From positions 124,001 through 188,000 of the forward strand of contig CP145410.1 in the NCBI GenBank assembly GCA_036867785.1: a stretch of DNA of 64,000 nucleotides. The letters run 5' to 3'. Source of the DNA: Plasmodiophora brassicae (lineage: Eukaryota). How positions within the stretch are numbered: the stretch's first letter is position 1; every line of letters starts with the position of its first letter. Under the pieces are notes generated by a model. That model worked only from the letters and a program-made list of their open reading frames with translations. It was not told the DNA's origin and made no database searches. Positions 36,901 through 49,248 of this stretch are shown in pieces. The position numbers and the translations under genes are program-made.

Positions 36901-37600
36901 GCGTTCTTTGACGACGGCCTGCTCGTCTACGAGTAACAATGGGTAAAGTGAAGGCTGAACAGCAAAGTCTTACGTTGAGCACAGGGCCATTGAGGAATAC
37001 GTCGGCGACATGATCGGCCTGTGGTACACGGACGACAAAAGCGTGACGGGTGACGAGGACCTTCAGCGCTTCTACGACGAGTTGGCCAGCGTCGGCCAGC
37101 TTCGAGGTGTGCCAAACATCACAAGGGGAGTCGTGCCGCTCCGAGAGTTCTGCGTCACGTGCATCTTCACGGCTAGTGCCTTGCACGCGGCACTGAACTT
37201 CTCCCAGATCGACTACGCTGGCATCGTCTGCAACTAGTACGTCGCATGCAAACCTGGTCGACGCGCGACTGACTCGTTCAATAGCCCGGCAGCCTTGTTC
37301 CGAGCGCCGCCTCTAGAGAAAGGCGTTGTCGATGAGCAATTCATCCTGGATATGCTGCCGCGGGGCGAAGGCTTTCTGACGCAGATCGGTCTGATGTCGT
37401 TTCTCTGCCAGAAAACGACGGACCTGCTGGGACGTTTCCGGTACCCGACGTTCACCGATTCTGCGAGCCTGGCCGCGATCGCCAAGTTCAACGAACGGCT
37501 GCAGAGGGTCGAGTCGATCATCACGGAGCGCAACGCGAAACGTGCTCTTCCGTATCTATACCTGCTGCCGTCTCGTATCCCAAACTCGACGGCCATCTGA
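33990..37600 (+). CDS. Cytochrome P450-PLAT-lipoxygenase fusion protein (~1135 aa); exons 33990-36112, 36163-36523, 36577-36932, 36985-37236, 37285-37600
   Basis: P450: FAGTIGT, ESLRLDPPV, ANRDPKVW, GPRTCPG. PLAT: YKITIA..VYVILEG..WFVKSVDV..FPVNQWL. LOX: WRTDEEFGRQRLEGLNP, WLMAK..HQFKYHALTCH, HAALNFSQ, C-terminal IPNSTAI. All four GT-AG introns keep frame. Confidence 0.95.
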
Positions 37601-37620
37601 TGCATCGCCAATCAATACAT

Positions 37621-37907
37621 TCACGAGTGTCGGAAGAGTTTCAGGCCGAGCCAGTTGACGTAGACGGTTGAGGCGAGCACCGGGGCGCACAGCGGCACGA
37701 GCAGCGAATAATAATGGTCGTCCCGCAGCCAGTCCAGCGCCGAATGGTTCATAACGGGCATGAACTTCGATACGACGACGGCGTAAATCACGACCGTCCA
37801 CACGACCAGCGCCAGCAGCAGTAGCAGGTACCTGCCTGCAGATCAGAATCGCCGATCCCGCGACCGTCGCAGGCAGGCCGCACACACCCACACAGGACGA
37901 CACGCAT
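37621..37907 (-). CDS. PIG-Y-like GPI-GlcNAc transferase subunit; 2 exons
   Basis: YAVVVSKFMP..LDWLRDDHYYSLLVPL..YVNWLGLKLFRHS matches my recollection of the small PIG-Y family pattern. Confidence 0.8.
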
Positions 37908-38599
37908 CCGCGACACCCTCGGCTGCTCCACAACGTGCGGATCCATCCCGCGGCCGGCGGCGCACCCCGATCTCCCAAATGACAGTCCGGGCCTGGCAGT
38001 GACACCGACCGACACGCGCGTGCTGCACAAAAAAGGTAACACGTCTGCCCTGGCAGAGCCATGGTTCATGACTCGGGTGGGATGGGTTCTGTCTGTCGGC
38101 TGCTCGACGAGTGTGCAGCTTCATTTTGGAAATCGTGTTGGGGACGACAAGACAGGGTGGGCGGCGTCGTTGCCGCACGAGATGGGCGAGCCGGTGTCCT
38201 GCGTGAGGCGACGGATTGCACGCTGGATGCTGTGCGAAGGCAGCGCTGGACGCGTGGTCCATGAGTTGCACGCGGCAGCGACTGGGCAGTTGCCCTGGGT
38301 GACGCTGCACATCGACCTGATGCTCATGCTGGAGTTCGACGCCCACCTGGTCGGAACCGCTGAACCAAAAGGAGATTTGGTGCTAATGGCGTCTGGAATT
38401 GCAGGGACATCTATTGTGGGCGAAATTTCCGGAGCTTCGTGACGAGTTTGAATTCGTTGCCAAGAAGTTTCTGCTTTCCTCACTGTTTGGCGGGTCGCCA
38501 ACCAGCGGAGATGATACCGTCGAGCAGTGCCAGATTGTTCTTCGCGTCACTACTCACCCCGCCCTGCCTATGTGACTCCAATACTGTAACATTTTCTGG

Positions 38600-41000
38600 T
38601 AAGGATACTGATCGTGCTCCACGATAACGTAGATCGAGGACTTATAGCGAGAGAGAAACGGGCAGTGCCCTAGTTGCATTCAGAGGTCTTGTCATCAGTT
38701 GCGGGTCGTCCGTCGATATATGGTACTGCAGTCTTGAGCTTCCAGAGGCTTTAACTGAATGTCCACACGCTTCTTATGGTCAGCTCTGCTGGGTCTTCAC
38801 AATGTTACCCAGTCGCCGGGACTATGAGGACCCAAACGATTTCTATCATCCTGAGCGCCGCTGAAACCATCACGCGTGACGCGTTTGGAATGCGGAACCA
38901 GTTCAGCGTATTAGTATGTATTTGGTCTAGACGTTTCTGATTATGGGCATTTAGAACATGCGACCTGGTTGTTACACATGAGCACGTTGAGCGCTTCGCA
39001 GTTGGTCATCTCGTTCAGGGTATAGGAGCTCTGTCGATCAGCGATATTCCTGAATGGAAAACCTATGCGTGCTTTGGTCAACCAAAGAATGGTTAGCTTG
39101 TTGCTCCTTCCCCAATGCAGTCAGGTTAAAATTGGGCTGGGACAATAGGAACCTTCCAGAGATTTGTGTCCCGGCTTCAGATACAAGTTGTCCATATTGA
39201 TCTGTCGACAAGCTTGCAGTTTGCTATTGAGTCGCCGAGACGTGGTCTGCCATCGGAACAAAACAGTCGTGGGTGTCCTCCATCGATGAAGTTGAAGTCG
39301 TACTGGAGGGAGGTAATCGTAGTGAATCGTCGATGAACACAAATATTGGATATTAAATCGTGCGAGGCTGGTAGATTCTCGATGGTCTAGTTGAACCAGC
39401 ACCAACCGTGGCGACGAGTCCGAAGACCCAACAAGCTCGACAATGGGCAATTACTTACGAAATTCTTCGCGAGTTCGGGCGTAGGCCCGACGCTAGGTTT
39501 TCGTGACTTGCTTCTAACGGTTTACTGATTGTCTAGGAGGCGTGGTTGCACACGAACTCTACGACAAAGCGAAATTGATGCTGCTTTTAAGCCTCGTTTC
39601 GCTTCCGTCGTTTCGATGTCTTGCCCCTGAAGGCACATCACGTGATCCGACGCTGTCGGTTATGATCGCACATTCCGTCGACACCGTCTCGGATCTCAGG
39701 TGACTTCGCCCAGGGATGTTGAAGTTCGAGACCGAGTGTATTGGAAACGGGTATCAAGTTCGGCATCTGTGGACTACAGCGTGACCGGGTCGGAAGGGTC
39801 CTGGAAGTTCTCTGGCGACGACGAGAACGAGTCTGAAGCCATTTCACTGTTGTTTCTTGCGGATGATCCACAGCTATCAGATTTGGTGAGCAGGTTGGTG
39901 CATGGATGTAAACGTCGCATTTGAATGGTTCCTCGAGGTGAACTGGGCATATGAGATGTACCCGTCCCGGCTGAGATTGTCCTTGTTCTGTTCCGCCAAC
40001 CCGGCGGCCGTCGTTCCTCCAGGATCGCTTCTCCTCACTCAAGGAAACTGTCTCGGCAAGCCATCCCAGCTGCGCCAGCTAAAGTCTGCCAAGTCGCGAT
40101 CCTGTTTCACGTGGTCTCTATGCCCTGCAGCACTGCTCGGCAAAACCGGTCACCGTTCCAGTGATCTGATCAAATGCCTCAAGTAAGGTCGCATTGTACA
40201 GGTAGCTGGAGCACCTCCGCATTGCTTACGACGAGTCCAGCTTTTACGAAGGTGTCGTCAGTGGCCCGAGTAACACCAACGGAGACGATGAAGTCGATTC
40301 AGTTCTGTGTGGTTCCGAGCCAACGGGTTCTAACAGGAGCGCATCTGCCCAACTGATAAGCCGACAGCTCTGTCACGTAGGGCAATCGCCTCGTTTCAAG
40401 TGAATGATTGTAGGCTGAACGTCAACACTAGTTCCTCGATGTGTGTCGGTCCGTCTCAGTAAGGTAGACATACGGCTTTAAAGGTAGGTCGCGAACTGGT
40501 TAACTGTGGTGCAGGTTTGGACAGGAGTGTCGCCGGTTGATCAAATCATTCTTCTTGGTGTGCCGGTGCCAAGCGCAGTATCCGATGTCGGTGACGCGTC
40601 TTCTCAAATCCACTGTAACCCGTTGAAGGCGTAGCAGGTGGTACCTCGGCGTCCTGATTCGTTTCGCTCGTGCGCACGCTCGCCTGCACCTGCGTTCCAC
40701 TGTTGAAATTGTCGACGTCCTCGTTGGAATCATGGCAATGGAGGAGACGCGCGTCGCTCTGGACCCGATGGCACCGACCGTGTTGCAATTCCAGCGAAAC
40801 GAAAGTAGGCCATACGCTCTCAGCGCGGGATCATGCTATGACGGGCGGACCGTAAGATCGCAAACGTGTTGGCGAATACCCAATCTCCAGCGCGTGTTTG
40901 AACAGGTAACGTCAAGGTTCCTCAGCTTCTATGCGCACGTCCTGGAAGCCATCCGGAAGTTCGATGTTTCGCAGGGTCCTTAACCGTGACGACTATGGAT
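38600..41000 (-). mobile_element. Gene-free, lower-GC stretch; possibly a decayed retroelement
   Basis: No spliceable gene and many short broken frames. A RIATW-like word near 40100 (minus) is reminiscent of LINE endonuclease starts. Weak support. Confidence 0.25.
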
Positions 41001-41138
41001 GAATCGACGTCCAGGGCAGTCGCTCACAGGGCCGTGTATCACTGCTGTTATATTATTATGATGATGAGCTATGTAGAGGGAGATGCTGCATGAATAGACG
41101 GGTAAATAATGGACCCGGCCCCCCTGTGTTCCCGAGCG

Positions 41139-42209
41139 TCAAAGCATCAGCATGATGCGCTCGCGAATCAGAGGCAGGTCGTCACCAATCAACGACGGGT
41201 AGTTGGTGAGCGCAGCGAGAAGATCGAGAAGGCCGACCGACGACGACGACTGTTCGTCGCTGAGCACCGGTCGCTCCCCATAGCGGACCTGCTCGACGAC
41301 CCGCAGGACGATCTGTCTCAGGTGCTGTTCCAGCCCAGTCATCACCGCGGCGACCGCCTCGTCCGACACGTGCTTCAGACCCGCTTCGCGCGCTCGTCTT
41401 TGCACAGCGAGACGAACCTCCGCATGGTCGTTCGCATCGCACGGGTCCGCCGGCCCACGTCGCCGGTGCAGGAAATCCTTGTCCAGGCCCGGTGCACCGA
41501 CATGTCGCATCACCTGGTGCGGGACCTCCGCTGCACTCGTCGACGACGGTGTCGACGGTTGCAGGAACGGCGGCATCGTCAACCTCTGCAGGAACGGGCT
41601 GAACACGGGCTCGGCCGGCTTCTTCTTCTTCGCCGGCCGTGACATCGCCTTCGCCTGCAGCGACCCGCCAGGCGACATCACCAGCGGCGATGCCGATCCA
41701 GGCGGCGCCGTCGGCGACGACTTTGCTGCCAGCACCCTATCAGACAATTGCCCTTTGTCCATGACGTCATCGCCGAACGGAGACGCCTTGGGCGGCGCCG
41801 GTGGCGGTTTAACGCGTCTGGGCGGAGGCACCTCGGTGCTGGCAGCGTTGTACAGGATGGTGAGGAAGAAATCGTTATGCAGTGCCATGTGGTCGAGGCC
41901 GACAGTGTCCAGGACGATCTCGAGGAGTTCGTCCCTGGAGATCTTGGCGGTCAGGTATTGCTCGACGGCGACCCAGTAGTCCGACGCCCTCTCGCCCAGC
42001 ACATCATCGAGCCGTCGTTTCCTTTCCATCAAATCCAGTCGTCGGACGGCTTTCACCATTTGTGGAGCCTTGGACGGCGCCGGCGCTGTCGTCGCCACCG
42101 TGGCCGTCGTCTCCGACGGTGTCGGCGACATGGCCGACGCTGGCTGGCCCGCCGTCGGCGACACGAGCCCGATGGGCGTCGTCGGCGCCGGATTTATATC
42201 CAGCTCCAT
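41139..42209 (-). CDS. SAGA subunit Tad1/HFI1 (TADA1-like); single exon
   Basis: RLDLMERKRRLDDVLGERASDYW..YLTAKISRDEL..LHNDFFLTILYNA; histone-fold AREAGLKHVSDEAVAAVMTGLEQHLRQI. Confidence 0.85.
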   Translation of the reverse strand: MELDINPAPTTPIGLVSPTAGQPASAMSPTPSETTATVATTAPAPSKAPQMVKAVRRLDLMERKRRLDDVLGERASDYWVAVEQYLTAKISRDELLEIVLDTVGLDHMALHNDFFLTILYNAASTEVPPPRRVKPPPAPPKASPFGDDVMDKGQLSDRVLAAKSSPTAPPGSASPLVMSPGGSLQAKAMSRPAKKKKPAEPVFSPFLQRLTMPPFLQPSTPSSTSAAEVPHQVMRHVGAPGLDKDFLHRRRGPADPCDANDHAEVRLAVQRRAREAGLKHVSDEAVAAVMTGLEQHLRQIVLRVVEQVRYGERPVLSDEQSSSSVGLLDLLAALTNYPSLIGDDLPLIRERIMLML

Positions 42210-42409
42210 GGCCGGCTACCGGCCACGCCCACGCCGCCGTAGTCGGTGATACAGTCCCGTCACCACACGCAGCCGCGACGATGGCGTCCCCGACCTGCGC
42301 AGATCCGCAGCGGCTGCGCGAACAACGATCGACACCTTCCCGACACCCCCCGACGCTCGCCGACAACACCCATACACATAGCGCAATTGACAAGGTTTGT
42401 TATTGCTAG

Positions 42410-44628
42410 TTACGCTTTGACGACGATGCGGTTGGACGCCTGCTGCTGCTTATGCTGTTTCTTCTTCTTGGCCGGTTGCTGACTCTGCGACGGCTCGGGC
42501 ACGCTGCTGCTGCTGCTGTTGTTGTTGCGATGACGCTTCTTGTTGGAGGGCTTCGAGGATGACTGGGCGGGTGCCTCTGCTGGTTTCTTCTGCTTGCCCT
42601 GGGTCGGTTTCTGTTTCGGGGTCGATGGCTTCGTTTTAGGAACAGAGGCGTCCGCACCCGGTTTCTGGTCCGGCTTGGCCCGCTTCTTGGATTTGCCCTT
42701 TTTCCCAGTGGGTTTCGCTTCCGGTTTCGGTCGAGGTTGTGCATCCTGCGGTGACCGCCATGACATTGTGATGGCGTCCAGGGTGAAGACGGGTTTCGGT
42801 TTCAGCAAATCCGCCGTCATCGTCGACAGGTTCTTCAGGGCACGGATCGGCTCCCTGAGCTTCGTTATCGATTCCCTGCACGGCACGGAACAATCAGCGA
42901 GCCATGTATCGACACATCCGGGGCAACGTACTTGATAGATATCTGCTGATCGCGCTCCTTAGCCTCTCTCAACAGCTCCTGGTAGTGCGCGGCAGTCCCC
43001 TCGAGCTTCTTCAACTGCTGCGAGACGTCCGCACTGAACGACGTAACGAACGAGTTGAACTGCTCCTTCTTGGCAGCGAGGTCACTCCGCTGGTCAGACG
43101 GTTGACCGGTCGGAACAAATATGCCAAGTTCCTGAATCCAAACATCACGACGGTGAATACACACAGGAGGCCGTTCATCGATACACCACCCGTCTACCGT
43201 CTTCTGTAGCCCAGGCGCTTTGTTCGCGACGGAGATGAAGGCCGAGATGAGGCACTCAGCGAACGCAATGTCCTTGGCAGTCTGAAGCATTCTACCGCGT
43301 TTCCACGTCGACAGAATGAACGGCCACAGATTTGTGAAGGCGTTTCTACAGGCTTCCGCGCCAGCACCCCGGGCGGCATTGTGCAGCACTCGCAATAGAC
43401 CCGTCCAGGCATGGTCTGTTACTGCACCTGCGGACGCTCAGCAATGCAACACAACAGAATTGGGTTGTAAACCCCCGACCTTTCGTTTTAGGATCTTCCA
43501 GCGCCGGCAGCAGAACCGACGTGAATACGTCGAGATAGTCGTCACACGCGGACTCTCCCTTCATCATTTTCGGCCCCTGCTCTGACCATATCGTGCTGAA
43601 GTGCTCGGCAACCTGTGCCAGATCCGTCGACGCGGTCCAGCTTCTCTTGAAGCTTTCAACTAGGGCCTAGTCAAACACCCATCAGCACACACGCCGACAC
43701 GTCCATGAAACGGGGGGGCGAACCCGGCTGAGATCGTCGAGAGACTGCTTGTTGGTGAAACACAGCTTCAAAGTTCTTGCACGGGCGAGCACGAACTTCA
43801 CATCTTCCTTCGTGAGCAACATGGTAACCATCAGCATCCGCCGGAACTGCTCAACAAGTAATCGATGCTTCTCCAGGTCGTTCTTGAAGGACGGTTGCTT
43901 CAGCATTGCCGGCAAGTGTTCGCGCAAGAACGCGACCTGCTGACTGCGAGTCGCAGGAGTCGTCTCTTTACGTACACAGTTCAGCAAATACGGCTATCGT
44001 TAACCACTCGTAAACATACGCGCGTTTGTGATCATGTCGACCAGCGGGACGATCGATGCCGCGAAATCAACGCGCATCGTTCCAGCGAACGAAGCATGAA
44101 CAGCTTTGAGCTCTGCACAGCAAACATCAGAGACGACGACAACGAACTGGACAGAGCCGCGTGTGTATACCCTGGACGTCCTCGGCACATAGCAATTGGG
44201 CCAGAACGTCGGAAATGCGTCCGACAAGGCTGCGCGACTTCTCGCAAACGCGTTGCAGGCCTTTGATTGCAGAGATTCGTACGATCGACTGGACGCATTA
44301 TTCAGCCTGGGACTGGGCAGGTGCGCGAAATCGCGCGCGTGCTCACCTCGGTGTCCTCGCACAGGTCGAACAGGGCATTGATAGCCGTCTCCGACGGGTT
44401 GTAATGGAGGAACGTCGGAATCTCCGTCGCCAGCAGGTTCCTGACTTTCACATCCTCGCTGCCGACCGCCGACACCAGCGCGTCCAGCGCCGACTTCGCG
44501 TCGGCGGACGCCGCCGACCCCGCCGACTCCACGTCCTTCAGCTGCTCCAGCGCCGCATAGATCCGCTCGACGTTGTCCGCACCACCGCTGGTCTTCGCCG
44601 CCGCCGCCGCCGCCTTCTTCACTGCCAT
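42410..44628 (-). CDS. API5: Apoptosis inhibitor 5 (API5)-like protein; multi-exon
   Basis: VERIYAALEQL..KVRNLLATEIPTF..AINALFDLCEDTE, next exon ..QAIKGL..RISDVLAQLL; late exon ALKNLSTMTADL..ITMSW and a Lys-rich tail. Confidence 0.85.
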
Positions 44629-44883
44629 CGCCAGCTCCTGATCGAGCTGCAACCAACAACGCGGACGACGGACGGGTAACGTGCCGACGGCACTCTGCTG
44701 GGCGAGGCAGTTCGCGCACAATCGACCGGACTTTTCAACACCGTGCGTCCTTTGTTTTTTGGTGAAGCTGCTGCCGCCTGCCGACAGGTGCCGAATGCAG
44801 CAATGGCCAACGAATGGTATTATCAAGGAAACGGGTGACAATGACCGGCGATTTATGATGGCAGACGTTGACGGGGAGGACGG

Positions 44884-46514
<1,631 letters not shown>

Positions 46515-46847
46515 TCAACGGCTACAGCATGCTCAGATGACCGGTCGTTGGTGTCACGTCCCTCCGTCTCCAAGACCATTAGCGGCGTCTGCATGGAACT
46601 CGGGCAAAAGGCGCCCGATCTCGAACGAGGCAACGTTCCTCGCAAAGGCAGAGCGCAGATCTTGTGACTGCCAACGTCATCACACGTTAGACGCGTTGCG
46701 TTTCAGGACATGGTCGAATCGAAAGTCGAATCTCAATACAGCATCGACATGATAACGCTCAGATGAATGCCGATAATCGAACGGACAGCGTCCAAGGGGC
46801 CGGGTCTCGGGATCCAGTCACGGAGCGCGGCGTGACGGTGTTTGTCG

Positions 46848-47700
46848 ATGGCGCACGCGCAGGCGACGTTCCAGCGGTTCGAGTCGTCGTACCATGACCT
46901 GGGCAAGTCGCTCAGCCGACACATCTCCAATATTCCGTCAGCGCGAGGAGGTACGCGACGTGTCGCCGATGTCAGGAGGTCCAAACGGGTAATCTCCTGC
47001 TCGCAGATGACCTGGCCAGGGAAATCCGATCCGCCGAAGCAGACGTTGCTGCCATGGGCGCTCTTGTAGGACGTCTGTCCTACGATTTCCGATGGCCGGA
47101 CTAACTGTATGATGCAGATCAACCAAATCGATCGGGATATGGCGCAGTTCCCATTCCACCTGAAGACGAAATACGACCCGCTCGTCCGGCGATTGAAAGC
47201 GGCGTTTAACGGCCAGCAACAAGACCTGAAGAGGGTTACTGATTCGCAGCGCCATCGATCACCGGTAGACCAGGTTCGATGAACGGCTTGCTGCACAATC
47301 CATTATGTACCGGCTAAAATGATGGTTCAGCAACGTGCTCAGATCCTGTCCAACCGGGCCAGTTCGAACAGGATCGATGAATCGCTGACTGGCATCATGC
47401 GCACCAATGCCGAATCGGAAGAGATCGGCGCCAGCGTTGCGGTTCGCCTGCGGGAACAACGGGAGCAGTTGCTCCGCGCGCGGGACGATATCGATTCTGT
47501 TGACGTTGTCGTCAACCAAGCCAAAACCATCATGTCTAGAATGGGTAATTCGTGCTACTGCTGGGAAGGGCTTGGTAGGCGAGTGACTCCAATCAGGTCG
47601 TCGTGTTGTCACCGACAAGCTGATTCAGGGTTTGATCATCATCCTGGAGCTGGGCATTATCGGCGTCATCGTTTACATGAAATGGCTACGACCGTATTGA
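46848..47700 (+). CDS. VTI1: VTI1-like Qb-SNARE; multi-exon
   Basis: FQRFESSY N-terminus; SNARE motif ESEEIGASVAVRLREQREQLLRARDDI..AKTIMSRMG; C-terminal TM KLIQGLIIILELGIIGVIVYMKW. Confidence 0.88.
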
Positions 47701-48704
47701 CGAGTGACCGCACACAAACGTTTACGTTTCGTCTTAATATACGTGGCCATTGTACTGGACCTGTACCCAGTCTCCGTAGCATGATGCGGTGAGCCGTAAC
47801 GTCGCTGCCGCGCGCACCCTTGGAACGAGTTCCTTACACGTCGACTTGACTCGATTCGTGAATGGAGTCGGGACCTTGTCGACTCGGACGACGCAGGTCA
47901 CCCGGCGAAGTCCACTTGGCCGTCTTAAGGCCACTGACCGTAAAGGCAGTTTTTCGCGCGGAATCCTCGGCAGATTAATAATTGTACAGGTCCTTGAAGT
48001 CGTTCAGGTTGCTGGCATTTTCAGGGAAACGTTCGAACGCGCGGCGGCACCCTTCGTCCGCGCCCAGGTCGGCAACCATTGCATTTGTTCAAGCGCCCCA
48101 GGCGCGGACTCAACCGCCGTAAAATGCGTGGCGGGCGATTCGAAACGCGATCGGGCGTGTGGAGGGTGACGGACTGGAAGCGGTACGTGTTTCCACGTGT
48201 TTAGTACCAGCACGGCTTCATTCATACGACACACCTTCTCGAAGTCGTGGAAGCCGCACGAAGTGCACGTTCCGCACGCTGGCGGCGTTGTTTAATGGCG
48301 TTAGTCGACTTTCCCATCGACTTCGCAACCGCTTGATCGCCTTGGGCGAGTATGATGGAACGGAATTGGTTGATGTCTTCAGTTTCTTTGGTGGCGTCGT
48401 GGTCAACACTCATCGTGAACCTTGACGGCGTGTGACGTGGGGCTTTCAAAGTGACAATAAAGTACGTGTCTGGCTGGCTCTTGTAGTGAACGGGCGACTC
48501 GGGAAATGTGATCTCTCGTAGGCGTTGGCGGACGCTGTAGTACGTAGAGGGGCCAGAGAAATGAAATGGGGCCCTTCGGATCGGACGTTCAGCTTGGGCA
48601 GTGTTCGTCCAGGGTCCGCTGACGGGTCAGCATGTGGGGACGTATTTCGGCAAACAAATGGGGTAATAGAGCGCCTCATCGGGCACCTGATGGAAAAGAG
48701 AGGA

Positions 48705-49210
48705 TTGGGTTCAGGATTCTCTCTATTTTAGTGGGACACCTTCTGAGCGTCGCCGTTTTTTTTTAATAGAGAGCCTTGGATTTACGACACTCTCGTCTTT
48801 CTCTAATAGAGAGGCTTGGAATTACGAGGCTCTCTAGTTAGATAGCATCGTGATTCCAATGCTCTCTATTTATATACTCACTCCCTTATATAAAGAGAGA
48901 GGCTTGGAATCACGATCCTCTCTGTCTATATAAATAGGGAGGCTTGCAATCGCGATGCTCCCTATTTAAATAGAGGGGATTGCATTCACGAGGCTCTCGG
49001 GGCGGTTGAGCAAAACCTGGGGCGGTTGAGCAAAAACTGGGGCGGTTGATAAATAGAGAGGCTTGCATTTGCGATCCTCTCGCGGGGAGGTCCGCGATTT
49101 ACCGGGATAGTAGGTCCCAGTGGGCTCGAAAAACTGCGTCGGTGCATTCGTAAACTGCGTCCAGTGCATTCGTGAAAGGTGCGTCAGTGCGTTCGTACAC
49201 TGCGCCAGTG
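48705..49210. repeat. Array of ~8 imperfect hairpin units plus two short tandem repeats upstream of the transposase
   Basis: Units like AAATAGAGAGGCTTG(G/C)AATCACGAT(C/G)CTCTCT; GGGGCGGTTGAGCAAAA(A/C)CT x2.5 (48999-49050); AAACTGCGTC(G/C)(G/A)GTGCATTCGT x3-4 (49131-49210). Confidence 0.85.
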
Positions 49211-49248
49211 GGTTCATCCAAAACATCAGCAGGAACCTGTAACGATCT

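Noticed and set aside
47734-48449. Possible small minus-strand gene between VTI1 and the transposon
   Set aside because: Only short frames with no recognisable motif; I could not build a convincing spliced model.
48705-49210. CRISPR-like array
   Set aside because: Units are degenerate, irregularly spaced, partly inverted, lack unique constant-length spacers, and there are no cas genes. The context is eukaryotic and transposon-associated.
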